51,507 bases of DNA from Colwellia polaris (GTDB taxonomy: Archaea > Nanohalarchaeota > Nanosalinia > Nanosalinales > Nanosalinaceae): the NCBI GenBank assembly GCA_047617785.1, contig JBLGBK010000004.1, positions 1 through 51,507 of the forward strand, read 5' to 3'. Positions 44,249-51,507 of this stretch are shown one piece after another (the stretch's first letter is position 1; each line of letters begins with the position of its first letter). The notes beneath the pieces were generated by a model. It did no database searches. It was not told the DNA's origin and worked only from the letters and a program-made list of their open reading frames with translations. The position numbers and the translations under genes were made by a program.

Positions 44249-45758
44249 CCCCTCCATCTTGGTTTTCAGGCTCCCAAACCTGAGTAACATTTCCTTCCAT
44301 CTTCCACTTGTCGGTATAGTTCTTGAGCTGCTGAGGCATAACGTCTGATAGAATACGCCCCTGCCTTGTAATCTTTCTCAGTCGTGCTTCCAAAGTCTTT
44401 GAAAGTTCGTCGTAGTAGCTCTTGTCTGTGTAGATAAGCTCGTTTTTAACACGCCAGAATGCTGTTGTCCCTTCTGGCGCGAGCACAAAGTATCCAAGAT
44501 TTTCTCCCTTTAATGACTCCTTCATCGTGTCCTTGCTTACATAATAGACTCCGCCGTCATCGACTTTAGGATCTATGATTAATATTTCATTTTCTTCGAC
44601 TCCGGCGGCTAATACATACTGTTCGCCTTCCTCTGCGAAGATCGGATCTCTTTTGATTCTGCATATTACGAGCGCTCCGTCATTGAACCAGGTCTTGAAG
44701 TCGTCGGCAACGTCTGTAATCTTGTCGTGCTGTATGAAGGCGGTCCTTATTTCCTTGTTAGTCATGTTCTCTATAGCGTTCATAGCTTTGCTGTTCTCGT
44801 TTTCGCCTTCTGCTTCTTCAACTTTCTCCTCTACCTCCTGCTGTGGGTGGAAGTAACCAAATATCTCTAAAGCCATCTCTATACATGCTTCTTGAGTTCT
44901 TTCTGTCTCGGTTTTGAAGTACTCTTTGATCTCTTCCAAGGTATCCAGGTCGCTTTTAGCTCTTTTGAACCGGATACTTGAGTTCATCAGGTTGCTGTTT
45001 GGCGTCATTACTGTGTATCCGTCGTTGGTGTCAACAAGTGTGCTTAGGAGGGAGATCTTTCGTATTTCTCCTACGGCACCGTTTACATCAACCTGTTCGC
45101 CAGGTCTAATTCTTCTTGAATTCTTCAGGTAGATGCCTGCGGCGTAATTCTGGAATAGGTCTTTGAAGCCGTAGAGAAGCAGTCCTACTGCTAGAAGCAC
45201 TACTCCCCATGCTGACGCATATACGAAGGTGTTAATTACGGTTGAGTCGATTCCTATCTGACCCATCGTTATTTGGACTAGTAGCAAGTACAGGAAACCT
45301 TTCAACCCTATTTTAACTAGGTTAAATGACTGTGATGAGAGCCCTAGTTCTCTAAAGTAGTTTTTAGCTCCTACAGTCTTTAGGAAATCTCCTGCGAATC
45401 TTGTTATTATGTTTATGAGTATTACGCCAAGAGCAACTATTAAGGCTACTGAAACGATTTCTGGCAGAATTTCAACAGTCTGTGTGTATATTCCATCTGT
45501 TATACCTGTGTTAAGATATACTAGCGCTGCAGCTATTACTACTGCGTCAAGTCCGTAGCTTATATTACGAACTTTGTTGTTTCTTTCTGTCACCTCTTTC
45601 TTGCTCATTTCATCTTTGCTCCAAAGCTTTCGGAGGCTGAAAGTAGAAGCTTTAACACAGATATGACCTGCTAAAACAATACCTAGCGTGATAGCTATCC
45701 GTATCAGTGTCTGATCTCCGGAAAAAATTGTTGATAAATTGGTTAAGAATTCAATCAT
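44220..45758 (-). CDS. MscS-family mechanosensitive channel fused to a C-terminal C39/papain-like domain
   Basis: Five TM segments, FKDLFQNYAAGIYL...IRPGEQVDV...GEIRKISLLST...TPNS MscS signature, then ACIEMALEIFG...QQEV...GALVI...YVLAAGV...ILIIDP...GVYYV. Confidence 0.8.
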   Translation of the reverse strand: MIEFLTNLSTIFSGDQTLIRIAITLGIVLAGHICVKASTFSLRKLWSKDEMSKKEVTERNNKVRNISYGLDAVVIAAALVYLNTGITDGIYTQTVEILPEIVSVALIVALGVILINIITRFAGDFLKTVGAKNYFRELGLSSQSFNLVKIGLKGFLYLLLVQITMGQIGIDSTVINTFVYASAWGVVLLAVGLLLYGFKDLFQNYAAGIYLKNSRRIRPGEQVDVNGAVGEIRKISLLSTLVDTNDGYTVMTPNSNLMNSSIRFKRAKSDLDTLEEIKEYFKTETERTQEACIEMALEIFGYFHPQQEVEEKVEEAEGENENSKAMNAIENMTNKEIRTAFIQHDKITDVADDFKTWFNDGALVICRIKRDPIFAEEGEQYVLAAGVEENEILIIDPKVDDGGVYYVSKDTMKESLKGENLGYFVLAPEGTTAFWRVKNELIYTDKSYYDELSKTLEARLRKITRQGRILSDVMPQQLKNYTDKWKMEGNVTQVWEPENQDGGDENKTGQSN

Positions 45759-45799
45759 AACTATCCAATTCTACTTCAAGAGTATAAAAAACCCGGGAT

Positions 45800-46990
45800 T
45801 TATTCTCCCTTGCCTGTAATCTTTCCTTGGCCGATTAGCCGCCAGCGAGAACCTATCTGCCGTGAAATCGCCACTCTATCGCCGACTTCTGCACACACCG
45901 GAACTTTCAAATCTACCTTTACGTTCTTCCCTGCCTGTGTGACAACTCCGGCAGACTTTCCTGTACCGACGTTGAGCATTAAAGGTTCCTTGCCTTTGAT
46001 GTTCTCAACTTCTTCAATTCTGTCAGATCCTACAAGCTTCTCCATTAGATCTACTTCTAGTTCAAGCTTGCTGGTGGTCTCAGGTAGTTCGCCTTCAAGT
46101 CCTAGCCGGTTTCCGGATAGGCCGTCAGACTTTGCCATTGCGGGATCTAGGTTGGTTTCTACAGCCATTAGTCCGCCAGGTGTTCCTTTTTCAACGGTTT
46201 CAGATCCCTGCATGATGCTTTCTACGGTTGTGGTGATGCTTTTCCATTTGCCGTCGATACGGGTTCCTGGACGCATCTCGATTTCGTCGCCGACTTCAAG
46301 TTCTCCTTCGGTGATGCTTCCACCGACTACGCCGCCTTTCAGATCTTCGGCGTTTGTTCCTGGCTTGTTGATATCGAAGCTTCGTGCTACAAGCATCTGC
46401 GGGTCTGTTTCAAGATCTCTTTCGGGTGTTGGGATTTCTTCATCAATTGTTTCTAGAAGTACATCTATATTGACTTCGTGCTGTGCAGAGACGGGTACAA
46501 TCGGTGCATCCTCTGCAACTGATCCTTCAATAAAGTCTTTGATCTGCTGGTAGTTCTCCTTGGCTTCTTCCTCAGATACTAGGTCCACCTTGTTCTGTAC
46601 AATTACAATATTTTCAATGCCTGTCATGTCGAGTGCAGCAAGGTGTTCTCGGGTCTGAGGTTGCGGTACTTCTTCGTTTGCTGCTACCATGAGGATTGCT
46701 CCGTCCATGATTGCTGCTCCGGAGAGAACGTTTGCCATCAGTGTTTCGTGTCCGGGTGCGTCGACAAGCGAAACAGTTCTTACTTCTTCACCGTTTCCAT
46801 CAGTGTTTAGTTCACCGTCGTCATCTCGATAGTATGTGACGTCTGCGTAGCCCAGTCGGATTGTAATCCCTTTCTTCAGCTCTTCACTATGCTGGTCTGT
46901 CCATTTGCCTGAAAGTGCGTTTGTTAGTGTGGTTTTTCCGTGGTCTACGTGTCCTACTAGTCCTATGTTTACTTCTGGTACTTTGCTCAT
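45800..46990 (-). CDS. eif2g: Translation initiation factor aIF2 gamma subunit
   Basis: NIGLVGHVDHGKTT, GITIRLGYA, DAPGHE, QNKVD, RSFDINKPG and RWRLIG motifs. Confidence 0.98.
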   Translation of the reverse strand: MSKVPEVNIGLVGHVDHGKTTLTNALSGKWTDQHSEELKKGITIRLGYADVTYYRDDDGELNTDGNGEEVRTVSLVDAPGHETLMANVLSGAAIMDGAILMVAANEEVPQPQTREHLAALDMTGIENIVIVQNKVDLVSEEEAKENYQQIKDFIEGSVAEDAPIVPVSAQHEVNIDVLLETIDEEIPTPERDLETDPQMLVARSFDINKPGTNAEDLKGGVVGGSITEGELEVGDEIEMRPGTRIDGKWKSITTTVESIMQGSETVEKGTPGGLMAVETNLDPAMAKSDGLSGNRLGLEGELPETTSKLELEVDLMEKLVGSDRIEEVENIKGKEPLMLNVGTGKSAGVVTQAGKNVKVDLKVPVCAEVGDRVAISRQIGSRWRLIGQGKITGKGE

Positions 46991-47298
46991 TTTATCTGGC
47001 CTTCTTTGATGTTGTCGGTGTTGTAAGATCTCCTGAAGTTTCCATCAGGGTCTTCATAGAGACGACCTGCCCGGTAAAACTCTTCTCCGGTCATTAATGT
47101 GCGAACGACGTCTCTATCAGTTATCTCATAGAGTTCATCCTCGACCTCTACCTGTTCTTCTTCTTGGAACCGGAAATGTTGAAGAGCCTCAACTGTTTCC
47201 TTAACGCTACTGTTTTTCCACGTTTCTGAGACTCTATTTCCTAAACGTTCGGCCTTTTTCAGACCGGAGTTCAGGTAGTAATCGGTAACGATGCCCAT
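46987..47298 (-). CDS. Hypothetical protein (103 aa) inserted between rps6e and eif2g
   Basis: ATG 8 nt after the rps6e stop and an ATGA overlap with eif2g, so translationally coupled. Confidence 0.7.
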   Translation of the reverse strand: MGIVTDYYLNSGLKKAERLGNRVSETWKNSSVKETVEALQHFRFQEEEQVEVEDELYEITDRDVVRTLMTGEEFYRAGRLYEDPDGNFRRSYNTDNIKEGQIK

Positions 47299-47306
47299 AG
47301 ATATGT

Positions 47307-47678
47307 TTATTCTTCTGTTTCTTCAAGAAGCTCTTCTACGGATTTTTCTCCTGATTCAGTTACTTTTGTGTTAAGCTGCTGAATCTGATTGGAGACTGTG
47401 TTTCCGCGGACAGACTTTCTTCTCTTGACGCCATCTTCTGTTTCCTGGATTCCACTGCCGTCTTCAAGAAGCATGCGTTTTCTTTCTGCTCCTTCAACTG
47501 ACTTTCTCATTGGGAAGCCGTCTTTGTCGCTTCCGCCGGTTACTTCCAGTTCGTAACCATCTAGTCCGATGATTCCGCCTGAGAATGTTTCACCAATTTT
47601 TGTTCCGACAATCTGATCTGTGTTTTCTGATTCGATTTGGAAAGTTTGTCCGTCTTGTGTTCCAACTGTAATCTGCAT
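47307..47678 (-). CDS. rps6e: 30S ribosomal protein eS6
   Basis: GLDGYELEVTGGSDKDGFPMR...RRKSVRGN..S..I.QLN motifs. Confidence 0.97.
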   Translation of the reverse strand: MQITVGTQDGQTFQIESENTDQIVGTKIGETFSGGIIGLDGYELEVTGGSDKDGFPMRKSVEGAERKRMLLEDGSGIQETEDGVKRRKSVRGNTVSNQIQQLNTKVTESGEKSVEELLEETEE

Positions 47679-47850
47679 TATGTAATTTTCACCTTGAATA
47701 GCTCAGTCTACGGTTTGAAAGTTTTCCGAGCCTTAACCTACATTCAGATAATCACCGCCAACCTTTTTATTTAAAACGCAGAAAGTCGGGCACTCATTTT
47801 TATTCAAATACACGCCACTAACTATCTGTGAGTTACGGAGGAGGAGACAA

Positions 47851-49275
47851 GTGAAAAAGATGATGAATATCGTAGGAAGAGTCCTCCAGGTATTTTCTTT
47901 TCTCCTACTCGCTCCATACTTTCTAGCAATATACTTCAACGAACCAGGAAATATCCTATGGTCCTACGCAGTTGCAGCATTCCTGGCGGTAGCCGTCGGA
48001 CGAGCATCCATATATCTAGGAGAAAACGGAGACATGTCGCTGAGAGAAGCCTCTCTGGCAACAGTTATCGGATGGATTTCCGTAAGTCTTGTAGGAGCAA
48101 TACCTTTCCTGAACTTCCTAGGGCTTGAGCAGGCAGTATTTGAATCTGTAGCAGGGATTACAACGACCGGAATGTCGATGTTCTTGGCGCCAGAAAATCT
48201 TCCTCAATCCCTGCTTTTCTGGAGGTCGTTTATGCAGTGGATAGGAGGCTTGGGGATACTTACATTCTTCGTAGCAGTAGTAAGAAACTCAGGAGCAGCA
48301 ACAAGAAAGCTATTCTCATCAGAATCGCATAAAAGCGATCCTGGAAATGTAAGGCCGAGCATGAAAAAAACAGTTATCGACCTATGGAAGATTTACGCAG
48401 GACTGACCTCGATAATGGTGGCAATCTACTTCTTATCAGGAATGAATGTGCTTGATTCGCTGCTACACAGCTTTTCAGTTATATCAACAGGAGGTTTCTC
48501 AACACAGGGTGGAAGTATAGGAGCATTCGATTCGACGCTTATATCGATAGTTACTGTGCCCTTCATGCTTGTAGGAGGGACTAACTTCGTACTAATATAC
48601 TCTCTCATCAAGAGAAAATACAATATATTCGCAGATTCTGAATTCCGGAGCTACATCAAGCTCTTTGGCTTTGCTGTATTCGTTTTCGCTGTTGACAAAT
48701 ATCTTAATGGAAGTTTGGTTCTTGAGAACGTTGTAGAGGTATCATTCACTGCTGCAACTCTGCTTACATCTACAGGTTATGCTATTGAACCGGTTACGGG
48801 GTACTCATTTCCGGTTCAGATACTGATGCTGGGCATAATGTTTGTGGGAGGTTCAATTGGATCTACAGCAGGAGGCCTCAAAGTTTTCCGTTTTAAGGTG
48901 CTTTGGGAGGTAGTAAATACAAGGATAAAAGCATATTCGCTTCCAGAAACAGCTATAAACGAGGTAAGAATAGATAACGAGATACTGGAAAACAATGCTG
49001 TCAGAACCGTTACCTCTCTCTTTTTCCTCTGGGTACTCGTAACCTTTGTAGGTACAGTATCGCTGGCGGTATTTGAAGGCTTCACAATTATCGAAGGGAC
49101 TTCTGCAGTCATCTCTGCTATCAGCAACATGGGCCCGGTGATGTTCTCTGGCGAGCGCTTGATCGAGACTACTTTAGCCTCTAAAATCGTACTGATGGTA
49201 TCGATGCTCGCTGGAAGGCTGGAAATGCTTCCGCTTCTCGCAATTTTTAATAGGCATCTAGCACCAAACCAGTAG
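47851..49275 (+). CDS. trkH: Trk K+ uptake membrane subunit TrkH
   Basis: Pore loops ITTTG, ISTGG, LTSTG and ISNMG; WRSFMQWIGGLG, GSTAGGLK and GRLE motifs. Confidence 0.96.
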   Translation: MKKMMNIVGRVLQVFSFLLLAPYFLAIYFNEPGNILWSYAVAAFLAVAVGRASIYLGENGDMSLREASLATVIGWISVSLVGAIPFLNFLGLEQAVFESVAGITTTGMSMFLAPENLPQSLLFWRSFMQWIGGLGILTFFVAVVRNSGAATRKLFSSESHKSDPGNVRPSMKKTVIDLWKIYAGLTSIMVAIYFLSGMNVLDSLLHSFSVISTGGFSTQGGSIGAFDSTLISIVTVPFMLVGGTNFVLIYSLIKRKYNIFADSEFRSYIKLFGFAVFVFAVDKYLNGSLVLENVVEVSFTAATLLTSTGYAIEPVTGYSFPVQILMLGIMFVGGSIGSTAGGLKVFRFKVLWEVVNTRIKAYSLPETAINEVRIDNEILENNAVRTVTSLFFLWVLVTFVGTVSLAVFEGFTIIEGTSAVISAISNMGPVMFSGERLIETTLASKIVLMVSMLAGRLEMLPLLAIFNRHLAPNQ

Positions 49276-49282
49276 TAGAGCG

Positions 49283-49945
49283 ATGTACGTAACGATAGCA
49301 GGAATCAACATTCTATCCAAACGACTCGTAAAGAAACTGGAAGGAAAACACGACGTCGTAGTGATAGAAGAAGATGAAGATAAATGCAAGAGACTGTACG
49401 CATCAACAGGAGCAAAAGTTATCAACAAAGCACCAACGACCATATCAGCTCTGGAAGACGCAGGTATAACAGAATCAGATATAATGATCTCCACACTTAA
49501 AGACGAAAATCAGAATATGGTTGTATGCAGTCTAGCAAAGAAATTTGGAGTGCCAAAAGTTGTTACGCGTATAGAAGACGATGAATACTTCGATGCCTTC
49601 GAACTAATCGATGCACAGGCAATCGGGCACACAGACCTACTTCTATCCGAATTTCTTTCAGCTGTAGAGCATCCTTTCCTAGTGAAGCTCGCGAACGTAT
49701 CTGATGAAAGAGAGATTTTGAAGGCTTCTGTAGGTCAGCAATCAGATCTTATAGGCGAACAGGCCAGCGAACTAAACCAGATGAAGCGTTTCCCGAAAAA
49801 GTTCAAGCTTACCTCTGTAGTGAAACCGGAAGAAACACTTACAGGGCAGCTGGACGTCGAGATAGAGGCAGAAGATGAACTAATACTCATAGGACCAGAA
49901 GAACAGAAAAACCAGTTGAACAAATTCTTCCAGAATAAAAACTAG
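49283..49945 (+). CDS. trkA: Trk regulatory subunit TrkA (RCK_N + RCK_C)
   Basis: HDVVVIE, LEDAGITESD..I..L.DEN.N, AKKFGV.KVVTR motifs; directly downstream of trkH. Confidence 0.9.
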   Translation: MYVTIAGINILSKRLVKKLEGKHDVVVIEEDEDKCKRLYASTGAKVINKAPTTISALEDAGITESDIMISTLKDENQNMVVCSLAKKFGVPKVVTRIEDDEYFDAFELIDAQAIGHTDLLLSEFLSAVEHPFLVKLANVSDEREILKASVGQQSDLIGEQASELNQMKRFPKKFKLTSVVKPEETLTGQLDVEIEAEDELILIGPEEQKNQLNKFFQNKN

Positions 49946-49957
49946 AGGTAGAAAGAA

Positions 49958-51370
49958 ATGGTCGCAGTAGTATGGATAAGACGCTCAATGCGAGAAAAAG
50001 ATAACACTGCTCTTGTAGAAGCATCAAAAGAACACGAAAAAGTCTACCCACTATACATAATAGACGATGAATACTTTGAACAGACACAGCTCGGATATCC
50101 GCGTGTAAAGTTCTGGCATGACTCGCTGAAAGAACTTCGAAACATGCTCCGTGAAGACAAGAAAGACCTGTTCGTAAGGAAGGGAAAACCAGTAGAACAA
50201 CTACAGGAGTTCATAGATCTGGTCGAAGCTGAAGAATTATATCACAACAGAGACTACACCCCTTACAGTCAGAGAAGAGATGAAGAAGTAGAGGAAGAAC
50301 TTGATGTGCCTGTCAAGACCTTCAAAGACCTAGTAATGTTCGAAAAAGATGAAATACTGACAAACGACGGCGACCCCTACAGCGTATACACATACTACAG
50401 CAAAAAATGGTTCAATAGAGAGAAAAGAAAGCCACAAGAACCTGAAGACTATCATATCGCAGACGAGACTCCTGGAGAAATGCCTTCGCTAGAAGAGCTA
50501 GGCTTTGAGAAACCGGATGAAATGGAAGAAATATGGGAAGGAGGAAGAAAGAATGGAGTGGAAAGATTAGAACAGTTCAAAGATAGGATTGGAGAATACG
50601 ACGAGAAAAGAGATAATCCGTCCGCAGACGCAACATCCAAGCTTTCTCCGCACATTAAGTTCGGAACTTTATCAATCAGAGAGGTCTTCTGGGAAGCAGA
50701 ACGCATGAAAGCTCGGACTGACAAGGAAAGCGTGAAAACATGGCAGGAGGAATTAGCCTGGCGAGACTTCTACTACCAGGTACTCTACCACAATCCACAA
50801 ACCACAACCTCGCCGTTTCTAGAGAAATACAGTTCGCTTGACTGGCGAACCAAAGACGAAGCAGGAGAAGAATGGGAACGCTTCATCAACGGCAAAACAG
50901 GCTACCCATTCGTCGACGCCGGAATGCGACAGCTAAAGAAAACAGGATTCATGCATAATCGCTTGCGCATGGTGGTCACAAGTTTTGCATGTAAAGATCT
51001 CTGGATTGACTGGCGCGACCTACACGAATACTACAAAGAAATGTTCATTGACGCCGATCTAGCCTCAATGATCGGAGGAATACAATGGGCATACAGTATT
51101 GGAACCGACGCACAACCATACTTCCGAGTATTCAACCCGGTTAGTCAGGGACAAACACACGACCCGGATGGAGAATATGTCCGAAAATGGGTGCCCGAAC
51201 TAGAAGATGTACCCGACTCCTACATCCACAAACCATGGGAAATGCCTGAATACGTACAGAAAGACAAAGATACCATGATAGGAGAAGACTATCCCGAACC
51301 GATAGTTGACCACTCGGAAAAACGAGAAGAAGCCATAGAAAAGTTCGAACAAGCCGCCGACCAAGAATAA
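49958..51370 (+). CDS. phrB: Deoxyribodipyrimidine photolyase (class I CPD photolyase family)
   Basis: WIRRSMR..DN.AL, TSKLSPHIKFG, ELAWRDFY, GKTGYPFVDAGMRQL, MHNRLRM, PYFRVFNP and YPEPIVDH motifs. Confidence 0.93.
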   Translation: MVAVVWIRRSMREKDNTALVEASKEHEKVYPLYIIDDEYFEQTQLGYPRVKFWHDSLKELRNMLREDKKDLFVRKGKPVEQLQEFIDLVEAEELYHNRDYTPYSQRRDEEVEEELDVPVKTFKDLVMFEKDEILTNDGDPYSVYTYYSKKWFNREKRKPQEPEDYHIADETPGEMPSLEELGFEKPDEMEEIWEGGRKNGVERLEQFKDRIGEYDEKRDNPSADATSKLSPHIKFGTLSIREVFWEAERMKARTDKESVKTWQEELAWRDFYYQVLYHNPQTTTSPFLEKYSSLDWRTKDEAGEEWERFINGKTGYPFVDAGMRQLKKTGFMHNRLRMVVTSFACKDLWIDWRDLHEYYKEMFIDADLASMIGGIQWAYSIGTDAQPYFRVFNPVSQGQTHDPDGEYVRKWVPELEDVPDSYIHKPWEMPEYVQKDKDTMIGEDYPEPIVDHSEKREEAIEKFEQAADQE

Positions 51371-51426
51371 AAACCCGTTCATTTCTAGGATTTTTATTTA
51401 AGCGTTCAGCACCTTAAACACAAACA

Positions 51427-51507
51427 GTGACATCTCACCGCACAACCACCAAAATCCTTCTCACCGCACTCCTAATAACCCTCACAACAGGAACCGCAGC
51501 AGCACAA
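51427..51507 (+). CDS. 5' end of a probable secreted protein (signal peptide), truncated by the window edge
   Basis: GTG-initiated frame MTSHRTTTKILLTALLITLTTGTAAAQ has a basic n-region, hydrophobic h-region and A-x-A cleavage site. TATA-like TTTTTATTTAA lies about 25 nt upstream. Confidence 0.6.
   Translation, partial: MTSHRTTTKILLTALLITLTTGTAAAQ

Noticed and set aside
1-51507. CRISPR arrays, IS elements, inteins in RNAP subunits or translation GTPases, rRNA genes
   Set aside because: No regularly spaced repeats, transposase motifs or rRNA-like tracts seen; protein lengths leave no room for inteins.

Overview
A gene-dense archaeal chromosome segment. The proteome is strongly acidic (salt-in type), GC is moderate, spacers are very short, and RpoB and RpoA are each split, which best fits a Nanohaloarchaeota (DPANN) genome (inference). 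The backbone is conserved housekeeping superoperons, mostly on the minus strand: rpoH-rpoB''-rpoB'-rpoA'-rpoA''-nusA-S12-S7-EF2-EF1a-S10-tRNA-Ser; S15-RecJ/GAN-S3Ae; and S6e-aIF2gamma-PIN-rpoE'-spt4-S24e-S27ae-HAM1-kae1-tsaC...bud32. It also has tRNA-Gln, tRNA-Lys, Trk/Kef K+ transporters, NucS, an AsnB-Dph6 fusion and a photolyase. Accessory genes are inserted at many operon junctions. The strongest candidate for an undescribed system is a 6.4-kb cassette (39386-45758) between aIF2gamma and the PIN gene. It encodes four ATP-grasp ligase homologues (one apparently degenerate), a DUF1704/MATCAP-like metallocarboxypeptidase, and an MscS channel fused to an apparently inactive C39/papain-like domain, suggesting a peptide add/remove/export system. 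Other candidates are a pair of His-motif membrane paralogues with a tandem-repeat partner, a photolyase with a non-canonical flavin pocket, aIF2gamma lacking its zinc ribbon, an extended eS24, structured leaders on rps15 and rpoH, and a tRNA-Gln with C33. No CRISPR array, integrase or transposase was seen. All family assignments come from motif recognition by eye, without database searches.
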